In this document: positions 23,622 to 36,419 of the stretch, one piece after another
Layout: every line of letters starts with the position of its first letter
How positions within the stretch are numbered: position 1 is the stretch's first letter
From: Saccostrea cucullata
Taxonomy: Eukaryota
NCBI RefSeq assembly: GCF_032062105.1
Contig: NW_026937242.1
Coordinates: 1-64,000, forward strand
Direction: 5' to 3'
DNA length: 64,000 nucleotides
Position numbers and translations under genes: made by a program
Notes under the pieces: model-generated
Database searches by the model: none
Told to the model about the DNA's origin: nothing
Seen by the model: only the letters and a program-made list of their open reading frames with translations

Positions 23622-25429
23622 ATTAAGTCAGATTATATTTTTGTGTCAAAAAAAAATATGCAGCCAGTGTCAAATCAGTATATCGGGGTGGATAGATGAA
23701 TATTTTGTGAATTAATTTGTGCCATTTCTTGTCAAAGATTCCATATTTTATTTCAAAAACACTCATGTATCCACTCCTTTAAATGTGCACATCTGAATTT
23801 GCAAAAATGACTGCAAAGTGCAAAGTTTTGCATGAGTATGAGATTGTCATTGTGTCATTTAGTTTAACCATTCTCCTGAAAATATTTTGCCTTCAGTTGG
23901 TTTGGGACAAATATGAATGTACCTAACAAGAATCAGTTTTCAAAAATACAATGTACATGTATTTGTAAGTTCTGGATATTAGGAGTTGTTCAAATTTGTG
24001 AATAGTAATATCAAATACATCATTCTTAAAGAAAATCGCTGATCTCAATCAAAACCTAAATCTTCTTTGAAAAGCCATCCTCCCATTTGAGACACAAATT
24101 CCAACATCATATTTAAAAATACTGAACATCCTCCCCAATGTGACATGTACATTTGCATATGTTCATTTTCTAATTAAATAAATAAGAAAAAAGTCAATCA
24201 TTCTGCCGATTTATCTATAATTTCATAAAATCAGCCTCATAAAAAGATTTTAAAATTTCTTTGTGGACAAAGGGCATACTTTAAATACATATCAGTTAAT
24301 GAATGCATGTGTTGAATTTTTCTTAATACACACTGTAATATGCAATATCATACCAAATTTTTGCATGCATGTTCAAAATCAACAATACTACCTTGATAAC
24401 CCTGTCCAACATGTTCCATTTCAATGGTTCCTTTTCCTCATCCTTCCAGAGTTTTAAGGAGTTTCAAAAACCATGTCCACAAAGGTTTTAAACCTTCTTT
24501 GTCAAAAACACCTATAAATAGAGTGAAATATTAAGGCATTTGAAATAGTGTGTATTATAATGTTTATTTCCATTCTTTGATGTCAAGGAAGTTAAGAAGG
24601 TCATTTGTAAGAAATTTATCAATGAATATTGTCTTCAGGACTGAATTTTGCATTTGTCTGAATTAAAAAGCCATGAAGTAACAGAAAGCACTTACAGCTA
24701 AAATATTCATTTGTCTTTTGAGAATTTTGAGATGTACATTAGATAAACCAATTTATTACATTTTACATTTTAAACAGTGAAATACTGTAATTTATTCATT
24801 AAATAAAATGATATTCTTTCACAGTGTGAAAGGTTATCAAAATGATATCCTTTCACAGTGTGACAAATACCAGAAATGCGAGGAAACTCGAGATTTTCCT
24901 TCCCATTACAAGGAATGTTGTAAAAAATATTCCTTGGCCTATTATTAGATTGAGGAATAAGGAATGTTGTAAAAAATATTCCTTGGCCTGTTATAAGATT
25001 GAGAACAAGTTAAAGCAATATGAGATGCATATTTGACATCAGAAATTTTTATTGCAAATTTGTGATAAACTATTGAAATTACAGAAAAATAAATCAATTA
25101 TAAACTTCTGTTGTTCATATTCGCGATGGAAATTTTTTTTATTAGTTTAATTGAAGCAAAATTGAATTATTGTTGTCCTGTACAATAATGTTTTCTTATG
25201 TAAAACTGTATGTTTGGTTGTACAGAAATATTTCTTCTGAAACATTTTAAAACTTTATTTGGGGCTTATTGATCATAGGGGTGTAAATTACATACAAATT
25301 AATCATAATAGCACATTTTACCAGCAAAATAAAATTTTTTGAAGATACAGCTCATATTGCTTTAATAAACCATTCTGACAGAGATAAAGACTGCCAACAT
25401 TCCCCAAATATGTTAATTGATGAAATTTA

Positions 25430-25665
25430 TGTTTACAATGTCGTATTGACCGCTCAACTATGACGTCATGTAGCGTATGACTACATTACAAAAAAGACAT
25501 AGACAAAGGGAAAATCAAAGAAAATATAAATGTAATAAACAGAAAATTCAATGTTTCGTATTTGAATAATATGGAATTAATTTCACTAATGAGACAAAAT
25601 GTCCTGTCCCACACATAAAATAATTTCCATATTCAACTACAAAACATTGAATATCCTCAATATAC
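25430..25665. mobile_element. Long-hairpin element remnant
   Basis: ATTCAATGTTTCGTATTTGAATAATATGGAATTA ... TAATTTCCATATTCAACTACAAAACATTGAAT inverted arms, TGACGTCA upstream. Confidence 0.5.
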
Positions 25666-25687
25666 ATGTGTACACTAAACTGTACTA

Positions 25688-26240
25688 AACAAGAGGCCCA
25701 TGGGCCACATTGCTCACCTGAGAGTAGCTTTGACCATGCTGTTCTTTACCACATTCCCCCAATGTAATACAAATTTGACCCAACCCTACCATATGGGTCA
25801 TAATTTGGAAAAATTAAAATCTACACTACCCATGGATGTTTCCACATAAGTTTCAGTTTTTTTTGCCCAGTAGTTCCTGTGAAGAAGATTTTTTAAGTAT
25901 TTTCCTATATCTTTCAATTTAAAACTTGTGTTCCTTATTATGGCCTCATGATTTGAACAATTTACAATCTACACTACCCTAGGATGCTTCCATATAAGTT
26001 TCAACTTTTCTGGCCCAGTGGTTCTTAATTGAGAAGAAGATTTTAAGAGTTTTTTCCTACATATTTCTATGTAAAATTTTGATTCCCTATTTTGGCCCAG
26101 TCCTACCCCCGGGGGTCATGATTTGAACAATTTACAATATATACTACCCTAGGATGCTTCCACATAAATTTCAGTTTTTCTGGGCCAGACAACAGGTGAT
26201 GAAACAATCATTTGAGTTTTTTGCTCAGGTGAGCTAAAAT
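25688..26240 (-). mobile_element. Helitron-N2/HINE element carrying ~3 oyster-type ~166-bp satellite monomers
   Basis: AACAAGAGGCCCATGGGCCAC..GCTCACCTGAG at one end, GCTCAGGTGAGCTAAAA at the other; internal repeats TCTACACTACCC..GGATG.TTCCA.ATAAGTTTCA...GAAGAAGATTTT. Confidence 0.8.
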
Positions 26241-26642
26241 CTTTATCTCTTTTGTCACTCTACCTTTCGGGGCTTTGTAGCCAATCTTCCAGGGCAATGA
26301 TAACAATTAAATCTACATATGCTACATGTTTACATGTCAAGACAGCATTCATGTCTGGGCTATCCTTAGGAAGGAGGCATTGCATTTTCTTTAAACTTTT
26401 TTTTCTTATAACCTTTATCATGTTTATTCTCTTGTTCAAGAATACTTTGTGCCAAAGTGGTTGAAAGTGGCCCAGTGGAGAATGTGAAAGTTTGTATACA
26501 AAGATGACATCAAGGGCAACAATACTCACAATAAGTACATGAATATACAACAGACAAATTTTAATCAGAAACTCGCTTGACCCTCTGGCCCTAGGGACTT
26601 ACACATTTGACAAATCCTGCTTTGTGTGTATTTTAAAATAGC

Positions 26643-28376
26643 TCCCAAGTCAAAGTGGAAGGCAGTTCTTTAGCAGTTTTTTAACCTTAACAGTTCAGTG
26701 CTTTAGCAGTTCTTAGACAGTTTACTAGCCTTCTCCTCTGTTGGTGGCAGAAGGTTTTTGTCATACTGATCATTAGGCAGTTTTCTTAGCAGTCCACAGT
26801 TTAAGCAGTACTTAGCCAGTTCATAAGCAGTAACTTAGCAGTTGCTTAGAAGTTTCCTTAGCAGTATCTTAGCAGTCAATAGGAAGGTTAAGGAGAACTG
26901 CTTAAAAACTTCTTAATAACTGCTAAGGTGTTTCTTTTGTTTGCTCTACTTATATGGAAATGACTCTGAGTGACCTACATATAAATTTGAAATTTTATTA
27001 ACTGCTTAAAAACCGGTAAAAAGAATGCTATAAGCACTATTCTTGTCTACTTATAAGAACATAACACCACCCATATACATGATATATGAATACAAAAATG
27101 CATATAATTTTTGCTTCCAGGGTAATTTATTGAAAAAATGACATCACATATGGGAATTTAACTTAGTATTGAGATTTAGATCTAAGGTATGAACTGTAAA
27201 TGAGTCCTTTCATTAAGTCCATTTTCTTGCATAAACGAGTGGCATCTTTAGAGCTTGGTTAATTGATACAGTGGACTAATCTACGGATCCCTCTATCAGT
27301 AGCTTATAAATTTATCTGCAAATATTTTGATTTATATTAAGTACTTATAATTAAAATATACAAACTAGATTATACGTTTTATAATTTAATAGTTATCCAA
27401 ATGAGAGAGGGTATGCCTATTATATCACAAGCCCACACACTTACCATATTTTCTGAAGCATACTTTAATTACTGCCAACAAATCTTTTAACAATTTTCCT
27501 ATATCACCCAATTCCATTGTTTTATCAGATTTTTATAATAATGATCTCCCATCTCATGGAAATTAATTCTGATACACTTGTCACTATATAAATATTAAGT
27601 TCACATCCAGTCCAGTGTGGTGATCACAGATAATTGTATTTTCCAAAGCATATTTTACTTCTTCACTGTATGGGTATAAATATATAATGTCCCAGACCAT
27701 CACAAACATCTTCACAATTTGTAATTTTGAACTGATGTGGAAAAGGCGCACAAATCTTGACTGGCTTTCCTCATTGGATACAACCCTGTAGTTTCAAGCA
27801 ACCAAGGGGGACACAGCAGGTTGTTAATATAACTAGACGGCTGGATTTGCAAGTTGATGGGATAAAGATTAGAAGCTCATATGCTCATGCTTTTTATAAT
27901 ATGAAGCCTCAATTTAATTATTACAAACTATTGTAACATTTCTTTGAGTAAGATTTTTAGTATATTTTTTTTTCTATTTAATTTTATTTTCTGTATAAGA
28001 ACTCCTGCCTGGCCCCCAATTATTTGTGACGTTATCATCAGGAAGCATTAACAGTAACACATGGGCAGTAATGAAGGCTAGTGAAAGTTAGGACCACCAA
28101 GAGTGAAAAAGTGTTGTATTACTTCTTATAAGAAGTCGAAATGAATTAGTTGCACTTTTAGCAGTTTCCAGAAACTGCTTGTTTGACTGCTTAAGTTTGT
28201 TCAATACTGAACTGCTTACACAAATTCTTAGCAGTTTTTTAAGCAGTCTGTAAGCAGTTTTAAGGAATGCTAAGACTAAGACTGTTAAGAACTGCCTAAA
28301 AACTGCCAAAAAATTGCCAGACTGCCTAATAACTGTTTATAAACTGCTAAAATAAGCAGTTCACTTTGACTTGGGA
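26643..28376 (-). mobile_element. EnSpm/CACTA (CMC)-type element with degenerate transposase remnant
   Basis: TIR TCCCAAGTCAAAGTG, 2-bp TSD GC, many subterminal TTAGCAGTT/AACTGCTAA repeats; minus-strand remnant ...KYGKC...YNRHTLSHL resembling the EnSpm YNxHxLxHL motif. Confidence 0.75.
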
Positions 28377-29179
28377 GCCTCTGTACATGTTTTTATGTCT
28401 CAGTGGACAGTTTCTTGAAGTTCTTGAACAGATTTTCTTATTTGTTTGTGATCCTGACATCATCCTGTAGATGATATAGATTGTCCAAATCTCTGTACCA
28501 CCACTGTGATTCAATATATTAGGGGTATGATGGGCGACTGGCGGACAGCATCAGAATATTGATGTAAAGAGACCTGAAAGTAAAGGCTCAGTGTTAAAAG
28601 TTAATCAACATGAAGGCAAAAGTTGTACAACATTTTATATAAATTTGCATATGAAAAGTCACATGTAAGATGCCAAAAGTAAATTCATTTGGTGTTGATG
28701 TTATTCATCATTATCAAAGGTTAAATCTTTTTAATTTGTCTCTAAGTGAACTAGTCCCTCCAGTATATTGCTATAAAATAACTTTTAATACCCAATTTAA
28801 GCAAAGTTTACAAAACAAATTTTGCTAAATTAAATTGTATGTGTATTTGAACAGGATTTGAACATGTTAAATTAGTAATCATGCACTTGGCCATAATATT
28901 GTGCTATTCAGTGCTTTGCAAAAGAATATTTTTCCTCTTATTTATTAAATGTTCATGATGATAACTACAAGCACATACATTTATTTATCACAGAAATTAT
29001 AAAAAAAAGTACACAGATTCACGTGGGGAGGCTGGGGTTTTGACACTAGTTCCCTCTAAAACACACACAAAAAAACTTTTAGATTGATGCGTATAGTTTT
29101 CATTGTTGTACACTCGATGTACACTGACAAAGAAAATCAGAGTCAATTCTGTGTCAAAATAAGGTTATCTAATTGTTGA

Positions 29180-29357
29180 AGAATCTTTTTTGTGCCAACA
29201 CCTACTGTGACAAAGGACCTGTCACCTCAGTTTATACGGTCTCATCAGAAGGACCATCTCCAAGTCACACAGTGGGATTTGAACACGTGATGTAAGGATT
29301 GACTCCTTACTTCGAGACTCTAGAGCAGGCACTCAAACCACTGCGTCAAACAGGGAT
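29180..29357 (-). mobile_element. tRNA-derived SINE (Deu/Nin-like core), partial
   Basis: Reverse complement of GGTCCTTC.GATGAGACC core and GTTC(A/G)AATCCC B-box-like motif. Confidence 0.7.
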
Positions 29358-29574
29358 TTGAGGCGAAAAAATGCAATGAAGCTACCCTTGGAAAAATAAA
29401 TGACACCTAAAAACTAAAATTATGTCTGAAGCAGAATTATGCCTACTTGAAAGTCCTTATTATCATTTATACTACTACGTGACTTAAAATGCTGTACAGC
29501 CAAGAAAAGCAATTGAAAGTTGATTTACCTATTGTAAATCATATTGATTTACATGTACAATTAATTTACAATAT

Positions 29575-29845
29575 GTAAATGCTGACTGACATTTTTCATA
29601 CAAATTGTTAGTCCATTATTGAAATAGTGGAAAATTCCATCGTGGAATTTTCCACTATTTCACGATCAAGACAAGGAACTTACAGCGGGTGTGACTGGTC
29701 ATCAGGGGATGCTCACTCCTCCATGGCACCTGATCCCACCTCTGATGTTTCGGAGGTCCGTGTTTGCTCTGCTCCTTTTTTCTATTGTTTTATGGACTTT
29801 GATATGGAATACTGTTCATTATCTCCAATCTCCATATCCTGTGTT
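29575..29845 (+). mobile_element. Solo 3' end (pLTR-like) of the Naiad-type PLE
   Basis: Encodes MLTDIFHTNC* like the last RT codons, then the conserved GGGTGTGAC...GGGGATGCTCACTCCTCCATGGCACCTGATCCCACCTCTG motif. Confidence 0.85.
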
Positions 29846-30237
29846 TAAGATGAAGATAAATTAGCCTTTTGCACGATGCAAGAGATATTTTATTTTGATA
29901 ATGATCAATCATTTTAGTCATTAACATCTAAAATATTATAAAAATATATGAGAATTTATTAAAGCAATTATATTTTTTGCATACGGGACACACACCATCA
30001 TGAGTGTGAAATAATTATGTTTTTAAGAATTTGACAGACTTTTTGAAATACTTTTATCACTCCAGGCATGATAATAAATCAATGAATCAATCAAATTACT
30101 TACTAGTACCATTCATGTGCTCAGTACTTTACAGTTTAAGTGTCTGTATGTCATCTAAGATTGTGATCAAGGAAATTTTTAAAAATAGTCTTAAAGTAAT
30201 ATTTGGTGGCAGTTTTTTTTTCTATAAAAATATGTTA

Positions 30238-30373
30238 GGGGGCGCTTTGACTAAAATCAGGGGACACTTTGACCGGGATGTGGGCGCTTTGACTAAAATC
30301 AGGGGACGCTTTGACTAAAATTAGGGGACACTTTGACCGGGACGTTTTATTAGGGGGCGCTTGGACTGGCTCC
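30238..30373. repeat. ~21-bp GGGG(A/G)CGCTTTGAC subterminal repeats, MULE/MuDR-like end fragment
   Basis: Six copies of GGG(G/A)C(G/A)CTTTGAC; no partner end found. Confidence 0.55.
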
Positions 30374-30460
30374 CGCTGCACTCCTTCCCCCCTTTTGATT
30401 TGCAAAATAAGATCTCTATAGAGAAAGAAAGACCCAAATTTCTACAGTGTATTTTGTTCT

Positions 30461-31022
30461 AATTATTTAAGGAATGACTCTAATTCTTGGCCATATTATC
30501 GAGTATAATCTGGTTTGGGTCAGTTTACGCTTTATAATCCTCGAAGCGGATTATAAAAAAAGCGTAAACTGACCCAAACCAGATTATACTAGATAATATG
30601 GCCAAGAATTAGAGTCATTCCTTATAAATTATTTTTAAAATAATTAGACAACTTTTGATGTAAAATTGTGTTGCTTTTTATAAGTTCAAATTTACCGCGC
30701 AATAATACAACCGTAGTAACGGAAGTGATTTGAAGCGAGGGGAGGTAATAACTGATCTAGCAGCCATGATGTTTGTTTACATGAGGTAAGAACGAGTAAT
30801 TGTTTTTAATTAAGTAATTGAAGGTACATTTATTAAATCTGGAATTTTCCATGGATTCCGAGGACTGGAAATGAGAGGATTGCATGGAAATGATGATTAA
30901 AAAATTAAGCTGGTCGTCAAGTGGGTGTGTTGCTTTACCAAACCAGATTATACAAAATGTTATGCGTTCCTTTTTGGAAATCAACCAATGAGAGGCGAGA
31001 ATACAAATAAAATTAAATTATA
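30461..31022. mobile_element. Long-hairpin element copy 2 (intact)
   Basis: ~75-bp arms around ATCCTCGAAGCGGAT plus ~400-bp tail homologous to 20400-20779. Confidence 0.85.
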
Positions 31023-32614
31023 GAAAAATGTTCATTGAGAGGCTAATGTTGTAATATATAACAAAATTTGTTTGTGATAACAAAATGAAACCCAACTTCT
31101 TCACATAATAGGATTTACGAGTTCAGAGATTTTTTTTCACTCTTTCAAAAAATTTCAGGTAATCTATATAGATACAAGTATTTTTTTCACAGGTTGATCT
31201 GCCTACCATTTTTAAAAACCACACTGCACCCTGTATCCTACTGAGTTATTTAACTACATGTACATATTTATGTAAAACGTAAGTTACATAAACTCTTTTC
31301 CTCTTCACCCCCCTTGAAAAATTTCTAGATCCGCGCCTGAATAATAATCACCAGTTGATCACTTGAGGGTTGTTTACATTGTCATTTACCATTTCTAATC
31401 TTTTAAATGTCACATTCATTCTATATTCATTTAAAAGCACTTCTTCACACGTTTATTACATTATATTGCATGTAAGTAACTGAGAAATTATGTATCTGCT
31501 ATTGTAAGAAGTAAAACAGACTATATATAACATTTTCTGCACATTGAATCATTTTCACTTTTTTTAACACTGGGGTAAAATATTTCACAACACCAAGAAC
31601 AACATAAATAATTTTGTATAATAATTTAAAAGCATTGACAAGTCCTATATATTTTTATAGCAACAAAAGATTTTTATTTCTCCAACCACGTGGAGGCATG
31701 TAAACAAAAGAAGATAACTCTACATGCACCTGATTTAATGTTTCTCGTTTCATGTGTTTGAGGTGATAAAATTCGAGAAATAAAGACTAATTGAATAAAA
31801 ATTTATGTGCAAAAAATGTTCAAGTGAATGAAGGCAAATAAAATGAGTTTTACTTACATTAAATGCATAAATCCAAAACACACATCTACTTCCTCAGTTC
31901 CTGGTTAATATGGAGAAATGACGTGCAGTTTATTCATGAGGTTGCTCCCACGTGATTTGCCTCTCATTAATATTCATAAGATCCTGCAAAAGCTGAAATT
32001 ATACTATTTCTTTATAATTCTTTTAATGTTAAACTATGCAAGACTACTTTATTTAAATTCCTTAAAGCTCCCGACATAGTTAAATGGGAAGAATATAGCG
32101 TTATTGTCAGTTGGCAATTAATGATACCGATTGCTTTAGTAATAAGTAGGTCAGGCAGATGCAAAAATTGTCGTTTTTAAATTTAAAAGGCGGTCGTAAC
32201 TCTTCATACAATGTTATAACACATAAATTTTTTACAAATAGAACTTCGTTGGCACCTATTAATCGGCGGAAGAACTCTGTCATAATGCAATAAACACTTA
32301 CATTTAATCACCAAAAATGATAAAAACACTAATTCAGATCTCGTTCCTTCAATAAAACAATGTACTCTCGCTTCGAATTTTCAAATCAAAAAGGCGGTGG
32401 CAACTTTCACTTTGGCATCAACATCATTGTTATTTCCGGTAGATATAAAGAAAAAACAAAGGATCGGCGGAAGAACTTTATCCGAAATAGTTAGTATATA
32501 AAAACTAGCAATTTTTGTAGGTTCTCTATATAAACCTTTATAGAATCTGCCGCCATTATAGCTCCAATATGGCGAATATGTAAATGAGCAGAATGAACAC
32601 CATTTCTCCATATG

Positions 32615-33581
32615 TCGCTAATATTTGTGTCCCATTGTATTTCCAGTCCTGAGGATTTTCATGTTTAACTACTGCGACTCATCATTTCAAATGTTCGTGA
32701 ACGGAAGTCGTCATTTTTACTATTTCTAGAAGGGGAAAACCGAAGTTTGTCTCTCCAAAAAAAGATACATACAAAGTTTGTAAATCGAATTAACGTATTA
32801 AGGACTAAAATGAAGCTAAAACAACAGTGTGTTTGCGTAAAACAGGTTATACATGTATTGCATAAATACATTAAAGATTGTTTTAAAATAAAAGTCGGAA
32901 GAAAAGTGGGGTGAAGGGGGCTTAGGGTGGTCAAGTGACATAGTCTGCCGCGGTACGTATTATGCACGGATAAGAAGTAATTCTATTTAAATCTATCTAT
33001 TAAGTAAACAGACTTAACAACACAGAGATTGTTTCAAACAAAGTAGTCATGATACTCAGACGATCTATTTAACTATATTTAAAAAAAAAATCTATATCTA
33101 TCTGAACTATATAAGTAGTACTACGTGATATATAAATTCTTTGTCAGTCATGTTATTGTAAAATTTTATAAGTCTTGATTTAACATTTTTATATGTATCA
33201 TTGGAGGATTAAATCCCATCGTACCTACAAAAAAAGCAGCTTCAGCAGGTTAATGTTTAAAATGCCCATAGATCTACGCATGTATGTACTGAGGTACCCC
33301 CCCCCCTTTTTAGTATTTAATCCCAATGTTTACCCATAGAATTCCACATATAAAGGCATCTGTGTTAACATTAACCGATATACTTGAACAGAAACGACCA
33401 AAAATATTAAAAATATTTGTATAAACATCGCAATTTTTGAAAAAAGTCAGTCGTTGGGTTTTCCCCTTCTAGAAATAGTAAAGATGACGACTTCCGTACA
33501 CGAACATTTGAAATGATGAGTCGCAGTAGTTAAACATGAAAATCCTCAGGACTGGAAATACAATGGGACACAAATTAGCGA
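32615..33581. repeat. ~125-bp near-perfect inverted repeats around a ~715-bp spacer (fold-back element)
   Basis: 32615-32741 is the reverse complement of 33457-33581; no clear TSD. Confidence 0.85.
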
Positions 33582-33930
33582 TTTATCAATTAATTACTAA
33601 TCTCTGAAGATATTGAAACCTTTACTTCCAGTCGGTAAGTAGCTTTCATCATAATTTTTTGAGGATTTCCTACCGAGGGGTCGAAAATCGTATGTTGAAG
33701 TTGCCAACCTTGTTCTGTTCACAGGCGCTTGAGGTTCTGTTATAGTATCAGTGAGGGTGAATTTTTATAAAGGGTAGTTTTAGCTTAAATTTTGGATTTT
33801 TCAGTTGTAATACTTTGAAAATATATCATAGAAAAATATTTTATTAAAAAAAGTCAAAGAATCCTTGGGGTACGGAACACGGGAGGGGGGGGGGGGGGGT
33901 CCTGTCCCCAAGCACCTGTGCATTATACAT

Positions 33931-35963
33931 GTCGAGAACACACACAAGTCCGTCCTAATATTGCTTGTATATATAAAGTCTACCTAAATACTAAGATGTA
34001 AAATACAGAAAATTTTCATAAAACGCCGTGACATCATCACTTCCCCAATTCCGCTACACGAGGAATAGCTTTAAAATTCATGCTGATTCCTACTGGGAAC
34101 CTCTCTTCGTAAGAAAAGCATTGCTACTTTCGTTTTATAAATTATCAATTGTTATTATGTTTGTGTTTAACAAAAAAAGAAAATGGAATAAATACAAGAC
34201 AAAGTTTAGTTTTTAACAATACATGTATTAATTTGAATTTATATCAATAATGTATATAATGAAAAAATGTGAAACAGTTTAGTTTCCCCCCGGGGCACCC
34301 GAAAATAAATCAATGAAGAGAGGGGGATTCCCAAAATAAGAAGCAACGACAATTATGCATTTTATGGAAAACTACAACGGAGATATCGATTAAGGTAAGG
34401 ATAACAACATTTTCTTCAACATTGTGAGTTACGTTATATAAATCGACAACAGAAGATAAATCCAAATCAGTATTACAAATACAAATACAAATACTTTATT
34501 GGCACAAACACAATTACAATAATTGGCAAAGGCCCACTGAACATCATTAAATGTTTACATATTTTTCAAAGTAATTCAAGTAATTGACTTCTAAGTTCAA
34601 AACAGTCTCTGATAAATTTAACAGTAACTTTCAAGACTTTTTGTATATTACTGTTTACATATAATTGTAAAATATATTTCTCATTGCTAAAATTATTATT
34701 TTTCTTTGTTATGTTATAAATATTACTAAAGAATGTGTTTCTTAGCTTAGAGTAAGAATTACATTGAAAAAGAAAATGTATTTCATCCTCAAAGACAATC
34801 ACACCAGTATTACATACATTACAATATCTTTCATTTCTTGATGTGGAAATATATCTACCACTTTCTATTGCAAGTTTATGTGCGCTTAGTCTAATTCTAC
34901 TAAGAGAGGATCTCTCAGATCTTTTTTTGAGTAAATCAACATAAGGACTTCTTTTTCCCGAGTATACTTTCTTGAAGAAATCAAGTTTTTCTGAACCAAA
35001 GATTTTTGACGTTTGCTCCTGAGTGCACTGAACAATGATTCTTTGTTTAAAATTTGGTAAAAGGTGTTGGATGGAACCTGTATATTTTGTAATGTTTGAG
35101 AATCCAAGATTATCTAGAATAGAAAATAATTTCTTAGTCCAAGAATTACAGTTACTTGTGGATTGGTAAAGTTTAAAGGCCAAAGAATCAGAAGTTTTCA
35201 GGTGATTCCAATATTTGATACTAGATAGGGAAATTTTGGACCAAAGTGGTAGTCTTTTAAGTTCCGCTAAACAACCAGCATTGGGTGTTTTGCAGTGCAC
35301 TCCAAGGATGTCTTTATTAAATTTTAAGTGAAAATTTTCAATATTTGAAATATCTTTGGATGAGAGATCCACTCCCCGTATTTCACTACAATAGAGAACT
35401 GGAAGTACAATAGCATCAAAGAGTTTTTCTAAAAGTTTACATGGGTTATCAAATCCAATAATTCTTTTCATTTTAAAACATGCTTTTCTAGCCTTTTCAA
35501 TAAGCACAGCTGTTGCTAAATTAAACTTCCTATTACATTTCATCATAATACCTAAATAACAGTATCTTGGTACAATTTGTATCGCATTACCATTAAAACT
35601 AAATTCATTTCCTTTAGGCTTGCCATTTGAGTTAAATATCATAACTTTAGATTTATCTACATTAACTTGAAGTTTCCAATTTGAGCAATAGTTACTGAGA
35701 ATATCAAGACTGGTTTGTAAACCGCTTTTGCTTTCTGAGAATATTGTTAAATAATTTTTCAAGAGGTTCCAGCATTACAGATCCCCCACTTTTTACAGTA
35801 ATGTATATATTTAAACGTTTTTAACGTGGAGAATTGCTAGTATACATGAACAAACCGGATTGGGGTAGAGATGGTTGATGGATCAACCCCCAACTTTTCT
35901 TTTTTAAAAGGTAGACTTTATATATACAAGCAATATTAGAACGGACTTGTGTGTGTTCTCGAC
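33931..35963. repeat. 55-bp inverted repeats enclosing a LINE fragment
   Basis: 33931-33985 (GTCGAGAACACACACAAGTCCGT...CTACCT) vs 35909-35963. Confidence 0.85.
34472..35765 (-). mobile_element. RTEX-like LINE, 5'-truncated (ORF2 C-terminal 398 aa)
   Basis: YCSNWKLQVNVDKSKVMIF, YCYLGI, RLSAHKLAIESGRY...CNVC...EDEIHFLFQC; AATAAA followed by (GTATTT)n tail. Confidence 0.8.
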
Positions 35964-36419
35964 TTCGTCTAGCCCCCCCCCCCTCCTTTCAATTTGCTTA
36001 CGACGCCTATTACATGCATGCATGCATGAACTTAAATTTCATATAATGCATGTGCAATAATAATGTCAAAATACCACTGGTATCCCCTCAATTCTTACAA
36101 ATCAAATTAAGAAAATTCCCAATCCCATCCCCCTCAGTGTCTAGTTGTTGCAGACCGGAGGACTGGGCTGCTCTCTACACCATATGTACACAAGTGTAAG
36201 TGTTGGTGTATGGAGATTGAGGTGGGAGAAGTTATTCAGAATTAAAGGCTTTTTAAACATTAAAACGATTGTTAATCAGAATGTTTTTTATCTTTGTAAA
36301 TTACAAGATACACAATATATTTACTTCCGTAAAGTGAACCAGTAAAAATTTACGTTTTTCATATTCAACATGTAAAGTTGCTTAGCATTTGATATCTAAA
36401 AAACGACAGGTCCCCCCTT

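Larger units (their letters stand above)
23198..28573 (-). pseudogene. Unidentified multi-exon gene, decayed
   Basis: Splice-bounded coding-like segments at 28573-26603 (split by a TE, frame restored across it), 24511-24392 and 23343-23198, plus pieces at ~25300-25410, ~24000-24170 and ~23700-23920; scattered single stops. Confidence 0.5.

Noticed and set aside
23198-24511. Selenocysteine recoding of repeated in-frame TGA
   Set aside because: The same gene relic has TAA stops and TE insertions; transitions from CGA/TGG explain the TGAs.
14973-31022. The two hairpin-element copies as LTR-like ends of one 16-kb element
   Set aside because: Copies are clearly diverged with subfamily-specific motifs and share no TSD; independent insertions are simpler.
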